Source: Candidatus Marinacidobacterales bacterium | Lineage (GTDB): Bacteria > Acidobacteriota > Vicinamibacteria > Marinacidobacterales > SMYC01 | Assembly: GCA_965237955.1 (NCBI GenBank) | Contig: OZ250169.1 | Coordinates: 4,320,001-4,384,000, forward strand | Reading direction: 5' to 3' | DNA length: 64,000 nucleotides | Shown here: piece after piece, positions 53,614 through 63,494 of the stretch | How the letters are laid out: each line of letters starts with the position of its first letter | Numbering within the stretch: position 1 is the first letter of the stretch | The notes under the pieces: generated by a model | The model's input: only the letters and a program-made list of their open reading frames with translations | Database searches by the model: none | What the model was told of the DNA's origin: nothing | Program-made: the position numbers and the translations under genes

Positions 53614-53883
53614 TTGGCCCGGTTCGTGACTGCAAGGGAGCCCGGGCTGCGCGAGAAAACCGTCGCAGCACTGACCGACACGTTGGGCGAGACCGAAGCG
53701 GAAGTCGCCGCGGTCGACGGGTCGTCGTCGTCGGGAGCTATTCTCAATTGGCGGGAGAAATTGGACGCGCGCCTCGTTGTCATGGGGAGTCGCGGACTCA
53801 CGGGCCTTCCGCACCTCCTCGTGGGAAGCGTAGCGGAGAAAGTCGCCCGATTCTGTGAAGTCCCGGTCATCATCGTGAAGTAG
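53614..53883 (+). pseudogene. C-terminal USP remnant
   Basis: [32 protein letters not shown]; no USP N-terminus. Confidence 0.75.
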
Positions 53884-53989
53884 TGGCTATCTCCTGCTGA
53901 TACTGTCGTAGCTCCCGCGCGCGATGTAGAATTGAAACAGATCCACGCCACCAATCGAAACTCGACAAAATCCAATCTGGAGGCCGTTC

Positions 53990-54988
53990 ATGCTGGGTTT
54001 TTGGTCTGGCGTCATCGCCGGAGTGTTTCTCTACCTCGCCGTGCGGGTCGTGCTTGCCGGCTTTTTCACCGTTCAACAGAACGAGCGTGCGGTATTGTCG
54101 TCGTTCGGCAGGGCCGATCGCATCGAAGGCCGCACGAGCCTGGACTCGCCGGTGGCCGAGCACCTCAATGAAGAGCAGCGGGAGCGTTACCGTTACCCGA
54201 TGGTACGCGTCATCGGTACCGGTGGGCCTTACTTCAAGTGGCCGTGGCAACGAGTCCACACGGTCGACGTCGCCATCCAGACGGTCAACGCTGCCTTTGA
54301 TCCCGAGGTGCCCTCGGCAAATCACAACAACACCATGCTCGATGCCGTCACCAAGGATCAGCTGAACATCGGGATTCGCGGTCAGCTTCGCTACAAGCTC
54401 AGTGAGGACAACCTGTACGCGTATTTGTTCGGAGTGAGTTATCCCATCGCTCACGTGATGGGCTACTTCGTCTCGGTGCTCCGCGAGCGCATTGCGACGT
54501 TCCAGGCCAAACAGGAAAGCCAAGAACCCGCGCCGGTCGACGGTGTGGCAGATACGCCGGCGATCGAGGGCATCTCGATCAACGACTTGCGCAAGAACCT
54601 GAACGAGGTGAACCTCGAAATGGATCGCGAATGCCTTTCGTCGGCTGCCCGCTACGGCGTCGTTTTGGACGCGTCCCTCATTACCGGTATGGATCCACCC
54701 GACGAGATCGAGTCTGCACTCGCCGCCATCAACACCGCGCACAACGAAGTGTCGGCGGCGGTGAGTCTGGCGCGTGCTACTGCGGACCAGAAGATCGAGC
54801 AGTCGAAACGGGCGGTCGAGATCGAGACCATGCGCGCTCGAGCCGAGGTCGAGCCGCTCCTCCGACTTTCGGAGCAACTTGCCGAGCTGAAGCAGCGTAG
54901 CGGCGAAGCCCTCGCGGCGTACCTTCGCAAGATCGAGCTCGACTTGTTGTCGCGTGCGAAGCGGATCATTGCCGAGGTGCGGTCATGA
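53990..54988 (+). CDS. SPFH/band 7 domain protein
   Basis: N-terminal TM, FTVQQNERAV, GGPYFKWPWQ, AVTKDQLN, coiled-coil C-terminus. Confidence 0.88.
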   Translation: MLGFWSGVIAGVFLYLAVRVVLAGFFTVQQNERAVLSSFGRADRIEGRTSLDSPVAEHLNEEQRERYRYPMVRVIGTGGPYFKWPWQRVHTVDVAIQTVNAAFDPEVPSANHNNTMLDAVTKDQLNIGIRGQLRYKLSEDNLYAYLFGVSYPIAHVMGYFVSVLRERIATFQAKQESQEPAPVDGVADTPAIEGISINDLRKNLNEVNLEMDRECLSSAARYGVVLDASLITGMDPPDEIESALAAINTAHNEVSAAVSLARATADQKIEQSKRAVEIETMRARAEVEPLLRLSEQLAELKQRSGEALAAYLRKIELDLLSRAKRIIAEVRS

Positions 54989-55875
54989 TCTTCATCGTGA
55001 CGACGTTCATCGTTTTCTTGATGTCGTTCATCGGAGTTCCGATTGGACTCGCGATGGGCCGCCTTTTCGGGTTCTACGCCATCGTTCACGAATGCCACGC
55101 GAAGGTGTACATCCTTTTCGGAAAGGTGCTCGGTGTCCTCGACGAGCCCGGGCTGCATTTCCCTATTGCGACGTTTGGCCCGCACGCCTGTCTGGTCTTT
55201 TTCTTCGGACGCGTCGCCGAAATCGACCTTCGGCTCGACCAGGTATATCTTCGAAGCCAGCCGGTGAACACGGAAGAAGGCACGCCGATGGGAATCGGGG
55301 TGTGGTACGAAATGCGCGTTCGCGAAGCGGTGGCGTTCCTCTTCGAGAACGCGGATCCTGCCGGCTCGCTTCGCGCCAACGTGGCCAACGCGACAGTGCG
55401 AGAGCTATCGAACCTGCCGCTGTCGGACATGTTGGAGGATCGACACGCGATGAGCCGCTCGGTCCGAAAGGACGTCACCCCGAAAGCGGCGGCGTGGGGT
55501 TACGAGATCGGCTCGGTCTATATCCGCAAGGTCCACTTTCGCGATCAACAAATGATCGACCAGATCGAGCAGAAAGTGGTCAACCGCTTGCGGCAGGTGA
55601 CGTCCGCCATACGCCAAGCGGGCGAGAATCGAGTCAACGTGATCGAGAGTACCGCTGAGAGAGAAGCAGCGGTCGAGTTCGCGCGAGCGGCTGCGGTCCG
55701 CCCACAGTTGGTCGGCGAAGCCTTCGGCGAGATCGCCAAAGACCAAGACGTGGTCACAGCACTCCTACGCGTCCTCGAAGTCAACAAACTACTCGAGACC
55801 AGCGGCGAGATCACTCTGATACCCGGAGGCGAAAGCGCAACGCTGCTGAGAGACCTAGTCGTCGCAAAAAATTAA
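54985..55875 (+). CDS. SPFH/band 7 domain protein (partner, ATGA overlap)
   Basis: TM, LFGKV..LDEPGLHF, VNTEEGTPMG, GSVYIRKVHF. Confidence 0.88.
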   Translation: MIFIVTTFIVFLMSFIGVPIGLAMGRLFGFYAIVHECHAKVYILFGKVLGVLDEPGLHFPIATFGPHACLVFFFGRVAEIDLRLDQVYLRSQPVNTEEGTPMGIGVWYEMRVREAVAFLFENADPAGSLRANVANATVRELSNLPLSDMLEDRHAMSRSVRKDVTPKAAAWGYEIGSVYIRKVHFRDQQMIDQIEQKVVNRLRQVTSAIRQAGENRVNVIESTAEREAAVEFARAAAVRPQLVGEAFGEIAKDQDVVTALLRVLEVNKLLETSGEITLIPGGESATLLRDLVVAKN

Positions 55876-57594
55876 GGTTCTCCTGTCGTTTCGGGGGATC
55901 TGATTTGTGTTGGAGGGCATGGCCTATGGACGCTGCCGCGATTGTGGAAAACGCCGGAAACTCCGGGCGAGAGAGGCGTTTAGGGAAAGGTTGTGAGCAC
56001 GTACAAACGTGGAGCGGCGTTTTCCACAATCGCTTGGAAAACGCTTCGCGTTTCCCACGAGCGCCCACAGGCCCCTCCTGATATATATACAAGAAAGATT
56101 AATTCATATGGAATAAGGAAGGGGGGGCTCGATTAGTGGAGGCTATGGAAAACGCCCTTCCAGGCTTCGAAGAGAACTCAGTCGTGAGCAAGGTCTGAAC
56201 GACCAGAACCGTGGGGGCGTTTCCCACAGCCTTGTCTCCCGCTGAGGGGCAGTGGCATTTGGTGAGGCCCGTGGGTTGAGAGGGTAAGCCATGTGTAGAT
56301 GCGCATCGGCGAGAACGCTAGAATCTTTTTTCCCGAAAGAGAAAAGAGCGTTCCCGCGATGCGCGTTACTACGTTAGTCAACAAGCTCATCGGATTGCAA
56401 GGCCTGTGGGTCCGAGGTTTCCACTTCCAGGCGGACAAAGCCAGAGTGGTGGTGGATGTAGTACCACGGAGGAGGAAGCCTCTGTGCGGGATTTGCGGAC
56501 GAAAGGTCCGCAAGAACAAAGATCGCTACAATCGCTACTGGCGGCACTTGGACCTGTTCGGAGTCCGGACCTATCTTCGCTACTCGATCCGACGAGTGGT
56601 ATGTCGGCGGTGTGGAGTGGTCAGAGAAAAGGTGCCTTGGGCAGACAAGGGAAGCCGCTTTACCAAAAGCTTCGAACAAGAGGTAGCGTGGCTGGCACAG
56701 AGGACGGACGTCAGCGCCGTAGCGAACTATTTCCGAGTGACGTGGCGTTCGGTGCGACGGATCATCCAGCGAGTGGTTGCCGAGCAGCGGGATGAGCGGC
56801 GCGAGCTCGATGGATTGCGGGTGATTGGGATGGACGAGATCAGCTACCGCAAACGCCACAAGTACTTAACAGTGGTAATAGACCATCTCAGCGGCCGGGT
56901 CGTCTGGGCGGGAAAGGAGCGCAAGGCCAAGACGCTGCTGCGGTTTTTCCGCAAGCTCGGACCACAAAGAGCCGCGGAGCTCGAAGCGGTCAGCATGGAC
57001 ATGTGGGAGCCGTACATAACTGTCGTCGGCAAAAAGGCTCCTCAGGCACGGGTGATCTTTGACCGCTTCCACATCGTCAAGCATCTGAACGAGGCCGTGG
57101 ATAAGACCCGGCGCGAGCTGGTGCGCGAGCTCAAAGGGACTGCCCGGCGCAACCTCAAGAACACCAAGTTTCCCCTTCTCAAGGCCAAACACAACCGCAG
57201 CGCGAAAGACAAACGGGTGCTCCGCGAGCAGGTGCGAGCTAATCGTCGCCTCTACCGCGCCATGCTTCTGCGCGACGACTTCATGGACCTCTACACCTAC
57301 AAAACCGAGACATGGGCCAAGAAGTTTCTCCGAGGATGGCTGCGGCGCGCTATGAGCTCGAGGATAGAGCCCGTCAAACGCGCGGCGAAGATGATCCGCA
57401 GCCACTTCGATGGCGTCATCGCGTGGGTCACGTGGAGACTCAGCAACGGCCGACTCGAAGGAATGAACAACAAAATCCGGCTGCTGAGCCACCGCAGCTT
57501 TGGACTCCACTCTGCCGAAGCTCTCATCAGTCTCGTCTACCTAAACTGTGGCGGTCTCACCCTCGAGAGGATCCACTGAAATGGCAGGAGAGGC
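55876..57594 (+). mobile_element. ISL3 family element
   Basis: Imperfect IR GGTTCTCCTGTCGTTTC..GGATC vs reverse complement GCCTCTCCTGCCATTTC..GGATC; flanks AAAATTAA / AAAATTAG (7/8 TSD). Confidence 0.88.
56359..57579 (+). CDS. ISL3 family transposase
   Basis: Zinc finger CGICG..CRRCG, IGMDE, SMDMWEPY, FDRFH, SNGRLEGMNNKI. Confidence 0.96.
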   Translation: MRVTTLVNKLIGLQGLWVRGFHFQADKARVVVDVVPRRRKPLCGICGRKVRKNKDRYNRYWRHLDLFGVRTYLRYSIRRVVCRRCGVVREKVPWADKGSRFTKSFEQEVAWLAQRTDVSAVANYFRVTWRSVRRIIQRVVAEQRDERRELDGLRVIGMDEISYRKRHKYLTVVIDHLSGRVVWAGKERKAKTLLRFFRKLGPQRAAELEAVSMDMWEPYITVVGKKAPQARVIFDRFHIVKHLNEAVDKTRRELVRELKGTARRNLKNTKFPLLKAKHNRSAKDKRVLREQVRANRRLYRAMLLRDDFMDLYTYKTETWAKKFLRGWLRRAMSSRIEPVKRAAKMIRSHFDGVIAWVTWRLSNGRLEGMNNKIRLLSHRSFGLHSAEALISLVYLNCGGLTLERIH

Positions 57595-57638
57595 AAAATT
57601 AGAAATAGTCGGGTGAGAGCGGCGACTCCCAACTCGCC

Positions 57639-58827
57639 CTAGTCCCATGGAACAGAAAAAGATAGACAACACTGGCACTTCTGTGATCTGCTAAATGCAT
57701 GAAACACAAGGGCCGGCGAAAAGCCGAATTGAAGCTGTCGTCTCAAGAAAGCGAAGCGCTGACGCGACTGGCGCGACGCAGCCGTAGTTCGCCGCACCAA
57801 GCCTTCCGAGCGAAGATCGTGCTGGATTGCGCGGCGGGTCTGACGAATATGGAAGTTGCTAGGAAGATGCACACCATGAGGAGCACGGTGGGCAAGTGGC
57901 GAAGACGCTTTGTAGAACAACGAATGGAAGGGTTGTACGACGAACCTCGGCCGGGAGCGGCTCGCAAAATCGGCGATGACCAGATCGAGGAAGTCGTGAC
58001 CAAGACGCTGGAGACGACTCCAAAGGGGAGAACCCATTGGAGTACGCGCTCGATGGCCAAGCATCTTGGGCTGAGTCATTCGACGATTGGACGTATTTGG
58101 CGAACGTTCGGGCTTCAACCGCACCGCTCGGAATCGTTTCGTCTCTCGCAAGACCCACAACTGGTCGAAAAAGTACGCGCCGTTGTTGGCCTGTATATGA
58201 ACCCACCGGATAACGCGGTCGTCCTGTGCGTCGACGAGAAATCGCAGATTCAAGCGCTCGAGCGTGCTCAACCTGTCCTGCCCATGAGCTTGGGCCAGCC
58301 CGAGCGACAAACCCACGACTACATTCGGCATGGAACGACTGACCTGTTTGCCGCACTCGACGCCGCAACAGGTGAAGTCTTCGGAAAGTGCTACGCGCGA
58401 CATCGAGCGCTAGAGTTCAAGAAGTTCCTCGCTGAGATCGAAGCAGCCGTTCCCAGCGAGTTGGACATCCACGTCGTGCTCGACAATCTCGCCACGCACA
58501 AGACACCGGCGATCAAACGCTGGCTTTCCAAGCGACCTCGGTTCCACTTTCACTTCACACCGACACACGCCTCTTGGCTCAACTTCGCTGAGCGCTTCTT
58601 TGGCTTGCTCACCGAACACGCCTTGCGACGAGGCTCGCACACGAGCGTGCCTCAGCTCCGCGTTGCGATACAAGACTATCTCGATGCTCACAACGAGAAC
58701 CCAAAGCCGTTCAAGTGGACGAAATCCGCCGACCAAATCCTCGAAACCATCGCTCGGTTCGCCCAGCGAACGCTCGATACACATGGCAAATCGAATTTGG
58801 ACAGTAATTAAAGATCCAGGGGACTAG
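57639..58827 (+). mobile_element. IS630 family element, copy 2 (1189 bp)
   Basis: Same ends and length as copy 1; only 3 substitutions noticed by eye. Confidence 0.95.
57699..58811 (+). CDS. IS630 family transposase
   Basis: Matches the copy-1 protein except LAT>LET and RDV>RAV. Confidence 0.96.
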   Translation: MKHKGRRKAELKLSSQESEALTRLARRSRSSPHQAFRAKIVLDCAAGLTNMEVARKMHTMRSTVGKWRRRFVEQRMEGLYDEPRPGAARKIGDDQIEEVVTKTLETTPKGRTHWSTRSMAKHLGLSHSTIGRIWRTFGLQPHRSESFRLSQDPQLVEKVRAVVGLYMNPPDNAVVLCVDEKSQIQALERAQPVLPMSLGQPERQTHDYIRHGTTDLFAALDAATGEVFGKCYARHRALEFKKFLAEIEAAVPSELDIHVVLDNLATHKTPAIKRWLSKRPRFHFHFTPTHASWLNFAERFFGLLTEHALRRGSHTSVPQLRVAIQDYLDAHNENPKPFKWTKSADQILETIARFAQRTLDTHGKSNLDSN

Positions 58828-59312
58828 CTACTCAACGCCCGCTCGGTCTCGACCAATTTCTCATCGTGTCCCATGAGCACGAGCACATCGCCGCCCATAA
58901 GCTGCTCTTGCGAACCCGGGTTGAACAGCATGTCATCGTGCCCGCGTCGTATGGCGACGATGATGACTCCGAAGTCGGCGCGAAGCTGGGCGTCGGCGAT
59001 CGAAAGCCCTGTCAGCTTCGAGGTTTCGGACACCTTGGCTTCGATGAGGCTCATCTCCATGTAGTGCCGGTCGGCGACGTGCTTCATGAACTGCAGCACC
59101 GTGGGGCTTGTGGCGGCTTGAAGAATGCGATGACTCGCGAGGTTATACGGCGAGATGACCTCGTTCGCGCCACCTCGTCTCAACTTGACTTCGCCGCGCT
59201 CGTCTAAGGTCCGTGCGAGTAACGTCCACAAGACGAGCATGGCGACGCCCAAGCGAAGTTCATATCGCCACCACCGTATGACCGGGCGGTTCTCCCACCG
59301 TCGCTTCCTCAT
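58824..59312 (-). pseudogene. Potassium channel / TrkA-C (RCK) protein with internal deletion
   Basis: First TM start joined to KLRRGGANEVISPY and the TrkA-C domain (IVAIRR..FNP..GDVLVLMG); pore and most of RCK-N missing. Confidence 0.72.
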
Positions 59313-60142
59313 CGACCGAAAGCATATCGCATCGGCGGTGCCCTCTCGGTGCGGACTTTGCCGCTTTGCTGTGGTAAAACTCGCTCAGTCCGCCATGCGA
59401 CTCCAGTTGGATCGGATCCCCCGGGTGGACGACAGTGATGGATTGCGGGCTGCTCGAGCACAGAATCGACCACTTGGCGAGCGAGCTGGATGCGGCGACA
59501 CAATACCTGTCCGTGGATGGCGGCGGTGATTGAGCACGAGTCCAAGAGGTGATTGTGTGACGACTCCCCACAAGAGCATTCTGTGCCCGGTTGATTTCTC
59601 GGACATTTCTCGGATGGCCGTGAGCTGGTCTTGCCAGCTCGCCAAAGAGCTCGAGGGCGAGCTCACCGTGCTCCATGCGCTCGACACGGCGTTGTTGAAC
59701 GTCGGGAATCTCGTGGCGGCTCCGGATAGCGCGGCCGAGCTGCGGAGCCAGGCGGAGAACGAGATGGCGGCGTGGGCCGACGAGCTGGACCTTGCGGGCT
59801 CGCGCGTTGTGATCGAGGACGGCGTTCCCGCGGACGTGATCGTCAAAGCGACCGAGGAACAAGACGTCGACTTGCTCGTGATGGGAACCCACGGGCTCTC
59901 GGGGCTCCAGAAACTGCTCCTGGGCTCGGTCATGGAGAAAGTGCTTCACCGCGTCCAGGTGCCGCTCCTGTCGTTTTCTCCCAGATCACGTAATGCCCCG
60001 TACGCCCCGAAGAACATCTTGCTCGCCGTTGATTTTGGTCCGGAAACGAAAGGGAATTACATCCAATCGTAACCAAAAACCCTCGACATCCTAGCCTCGC
60101 CATGTTACGATTAGACATTAAAATTAGACGAGGAGGTTAAAG

Positions 60143-61108
60143 ATGGTGCGGCAAGCACCGGGCAAACATTTTAGGAAGGGGCTTTCGCTAGTTGAGATCA
60201 CGCAGATGTTTCCGAACGATAGTGCAGCGGAAACATGGATCGCAAAAGCCAGGTGGGGGAACGATCCGGCTTGCCCGCATTGCGGAAGCCTTAACGTCCA
60301 GGTCGGTGCGAAACACCCATCCCAGAACTACCGTTGCAGGGAACAGCAATGCCGGAAGTTCTTCGGAGTGAAAACTGGGACCGCGATGGCTGGAAGTAAT
60401 CTAGGATTGCAAGTCTGGGCCATCGCCACGTATCTTCTCGCCACTGGCCTCAAGGGTCGGGCGAGTATGCAACTCCACCGCGATCTAGGAATCGGGCAGA
60501 AAGCCGCTTGGTTCTTGGCGCACAGACTCCGAGAAGCTTGGGGAGATAACCAACCTACATTCTCAGGTCCGGTGGAAGTGGACGAGACTTACATCGGTGG
60601 CAAGGAGCGGAACAAGCACTCCCACAAGAAGCTGAATGCCGGGCGCGGGACCGTCGGCAAGACGGCCGTCGTAGGCGTGAAGGACCGCAAGACGAACCGA
60701 GTCTCTGCTGCCGTCGTGGAGAATACAGATGGCCCAACGCTTCAAGGTTTCGTCAAGTCTCGGGTTGCCGAGGAAGCCACGGTCTACACCGACGACCACG
60801 GAGGCTACCATGGACTACCGAATCACGAATCGGTCCGGCACAGCGTCCGCGAGTACGTCAACGGACAAGCCCATACCAACGGGATCGAGTCCTTTTGGGC
60901 ATTGCTCAAACGTGGCTATTATGGTACGTACCATCGCATGAGCCCAAACCACCTTGGGCGTTACGTCTGCGAGTTTGAGGGCAGACACAACCAGCGTGAG
61001 TCTGATACGATCGATCAGATGACCGCCATGATTCGCGGCATGGACGGGAAACGGCTACGGTATCGAGACCTCACGGCCATCAAGCCCGGCGGACAAGTCG
61101 CTGGCTAG
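60143..61108 (+). CDS. IS1595 family transposase (ISXO2-like DDE domain)
   Basis: Zinc ribbon CPHCG..YRC..CRK, VEVDETYIGG, VYTDD, HTNGIESFW.LLKRG. Confidence 0.96.
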   Translation: MVRQAPGKHFRKGLSLVEITQMFPNDSAAETWIAKARWGNDPACPHCGSLNVQVGAKHPSQNYRCREQQCRKFFGVKTGTAMAGSNLGLQVWAIATYLLATGLKGRASMQLHRDLGIGQKAAWFLAHRLREAWGDNQPTFSGPVEVDETYIGGKERNKHSHKKLNAGRGTVGKTAVVGVKDRKTNRVSAAVVENTDGPTLQGFVKSRVAEEATVYTDDHGGYHGLPNHESVRHSVREYVNGQAHTNGIESFWALLKRGYYGTYHRMSPNHLGRYVCEFEGRHNQRESDTIDQMTAMIRGMDGKRLRYRDLTAIKPGGQVAG

Positions 61109-61111
61109 GCC

Positions 61112-61924
61112 ATGCCAAAACCAGAAGTTCAGACGGAACTTGGTCGCCTCTATCACGCCGACTGTCTCACGGTTCTACCGGAGATACCAGCCGGTATCGT
61201 AGATACCGTTTTTGCCGATCCACCGTTCAACCTCGGCAAAGAGTACGGTCCAAGCGTCAATGATAATCGATCGAATTCAGAGTATGTGCAATGGTGCGAG
61301 ATGTGGATTCGAGAATGTGTGCGCGTGCTGAAATCGGGTGGGGCGTTCTTCCTCTACAACCTGCCGCGCTGGAACGTCACTCTCGGCACTATTCTCCAAA
61401 AGCATGGACTCTCGTTTCGCCACTGGATCGCTATTGAGCACACCGGGCGGTTACCGATTCAGGGGCGTCTGTATCCCTCACACTATTCTTTGATCTACTA
61501 CACGCTAGGCAAGCCTGCGACGTTTCGCCGAATTCGGACTCCTGTTGAAACTTGCCGTCACTGCGGTTTGGAGATCAAGGATTACGGAGGTCATCGTCCC
61601 GCGATGAATCGAAACGGAGTAACCCTCAAAGACGTGTGGACTGATATACCGCCAGTTCGTCATGCGAAGTATAAGCCAGAAGGGCGTTCAGCTAATGCGC
61701 TCAGCACAAAAATCGTCGAGCGCGTGATCGAAATGAGTACTGATCCAGGCGACCTTGTATTAGACCCATTCGGCGGAAGCGGAACGACGTATGCGGTTTG
61801 TGAGCAACGCGGTCGGCGCTGGATCGGTGTGGAGCTTGAAGATCTTGAACCGATCCGGCAGCGTCTCGATGGTCAAGTTCAAAATCACGCGAACAGCGAC
61901 TATGTTGAAACATGCCGATCCTGA
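61112..61924 (+). CDS. Beta-class amino DNA methyltransferase, M.BamHI-like (probably N4-C)
   Basis: FADPPFNLGKEY before LDPFGGSGTT (beta order); LPIQGRLYP, TCRHCG.EIKDYGG, DVWTDIPPVRH match my recollection of M.BamHI. Confidence 0.9.
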   Translation: MPKPEVQTELGRLYHADCLTVLPEIPAGIVDTVFADPPFNLGKEYGPSVNDNRSNSEYVQWCEMWIRECVRVLKSGGAFFLYNLPRWNVTLGTILQKHGLSFRHWIAIEHTGRLPIQGRLYPSHYSLIYYTLGKPATFRRIRTPVETCRHCGLEIKDYGGHRPAMNRNGVTLKDVWTDIPPVRHAKYKPEGRSANALSTKIVERVIEMSTDPGDLVLDPFGGSGTTYAVCEQRGRRWIGVELEDLEPIRQRLDGQVQNHANSDYVETCRS

Positions 61925-62400
61925 CGGACAGCCGCGACTATAACGGATTTCTAGCGAAGGTCCAGCGTCTCGGACTGGATCGCCTTGTTGACGATATAGA
62001 AGCTGCGGTGACCGGTTTCCGGCTTCGCGTATTGGAAGAACGCCACGCGAACGGAACACGACAGATCCGGCAACAAATCGACGACCAGATCGAGGCTTTA
62101 GACGGTTGGCGTAAGCTAACGGTCGGTGGGGTAGACTGGACAAAGGGGAATGAGCAAGGTAGCAAGATTGGCGCAGAGATTCAGGTTTCTGGACGTAGTG
62201 ACCTTCTGGCCGTTGACGTACTGCACCTTCGCGAGGAGCTTATAGCTGGGAACCTTGATGCCGGAATTATCATTGTTCCAGACGATAAGCTGTCAAGGTT
62301 TCTGACAGACCGCACGCCGAACTTTCGAACAGCACGGCGACACAGAGAACACCGGAGACACTTAAATCAGAAGCATGGTTTACACCCGACACCGCTCTAA
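61912..62400 (+). CDS. BamHI/BglII-fold type II restriction endonuclease, possibly C-terminally truncated
   Basis: VD..GAEIQVS catalytic region; LDAGIIIVP..LSRFLTDRTPNF resembles the BamHI YYLTDRVTNF segment as I recall it; overlaps the MTase end. Confidence 0.7.
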   Translation: MPILTDSRDYNGFLAKVQRLGLDRLVDDIEAAVTGFRLRVLEERHANGTRQIRQQIDDQIEALDGWRKLTVGGVDWTKGNEQGSKIGAEIQVSGRSDLLAVDVLHLREELIAGNLDAGIIIVPDDKLSRFLTDRTPNFRTARRHREHRRHLNQKHGLHPTPL

Positions 62401-62409
62401 GGAGGAAAC

Positions 62410-62586
62410 ATGAAGCGCACGAGGGAGAAGTCGAAGAAGCGCAGAGGCCGCCCGGTCACCTACCCCATACCAGAGCCAATTCCAGACACGCCCGAGAACA
62501 TCATGAAGGCGATTCTGGCTACCCCACCGAAGGGCCGTGACGAGTGGAAATTCATGCAGGAACGGAAGCGGAAACGAGCTCGCTAG
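62410..62586 (+). CDS. 58-aa basic protein with AT-hook-like RRGRP motif (absent from the ORF track)
   Basis: AAGGAGG RBS; MKRTREKSKKRRGRPVTYPIPEPIPDTPENIMKAILATPPKGRDEWKFMQERKRKRAR*; ends 6 nt before the right IR. Confidence 0.75.
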   Translation: MKRTREKSKKRRGRPVTYPIPEPIPDTPENIMKAILATPPKGRDEWKFMQERKRKRAR

Positions 62587-63167
62587 AAGACCTGGTTACG
62601 ATTGGATGTAATTCCCAAACGAAAAGCGTCGTCCGCCACGGACCACGGAGTGTGGCTCGCCGAGCACTTCGGAGCCAGGCTTTTCGGTGCGCACGCCGTG
62701 CCGGTGCCGTACGTCGTGCTCAACGATCGATCGATGGAACGGCTGACACCCGAGCAGCTCGAGCGATTGAAGGACACGCTCACTGCCGAGAGAAGGGAGG
62801 AGCTCTCCGAGCTTTTCCCCGATTCGTCGTTACCGGTCGAGGTCGTCTCCACCGTGGGCTCCGCCTATCGCGCGATGCTGGACGCCGTCGAACAGCACGA
62901 CATAGACCTCGTCGTCATGGGACGCGGCGGGCACGGCCGGCGCAATCTCGGCTGGGTTGGCTCGACCTGCCACAAGATGGTTCGCTCGTCGCCGTGCCCG
63001 ATTCTCATCGTGCCGGAATGATGGCGAGAGCGGCGGTGGTGGCGTTTCTTCATTCGTGCTACCCGCTGGTTCCCGCCGCTCCAGTGCGTTAGCTGGCGCT
63101 GCCTACCAGCTCCACGAATCAGCTGCTTGCCGCCCGGCCGCGACCTAGCTCTGGTGCGGGAGCAAAA

Positions 63168-63460
63168 TTACGAATTCGGTACCCCCTCGGCGGGCGAGAC
63201 CACGGAAAGCGACCCGCCGTGAGCGTGGACGAGGGTTCGGGTGATCGCGAGCCCGAGGCCGAGCCCGCATTTTGCCAAGAGGCGCACGTCATCACCGCGG
63301 TCGCGGAGTCGGGGAAGCGAGATGGTGATGACGTTTAGCCGGTAGAACAGATCGCGTCGGAACGTCTCTGCCTCGATCATTTTCTTCAAGTCGCGGTTGG
63401 ATGAGGCGATCACGCGGACATCTACTTTGACGTCTTGCACGCCGCCGACTCGTACCGCTT
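63168..63460 (-). pseudogene. Chimeric remnant of a sigma54 activator and a histidine kinase
   Basis: [28 protein letters not shown] joined in frame to [18 protein letters not shown]. Confidence 0.72.
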
Positions 63461-63494
63461 CTTGGATGGCATCGGACTCGCCGACGATGTTCTC

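Larger units (their letters stand above)
60052..62616 (+). mobile_element. IS1595-family element with passenger restriction-modification genes (2565 bp)
   Basis: Perfect 24-bp IR GGGAATTACATCCAATCGTAACCA (60052-60075, 62593-62616); 8-bp TSD AAACGAAA (60044-60051, 62617-62624). Confidence 0.95.
59557..63021 (+). pseudogene. Tandem USP gene split by the IS1595 element, with an extra 7-bp duplication
   Basis: ..[12 protein letters not shown] | SVVRHGVWLAEHF.. rejoins across the TSD; CCACGGA duplicated at 62636-62649. Confidence 0.88.

Noticed and set aside
53884-53898. Sigma54 promoter upstream of the SPFH pair
   Set aside because: GG-to-GC spacing is 9 nt, not the required 10.
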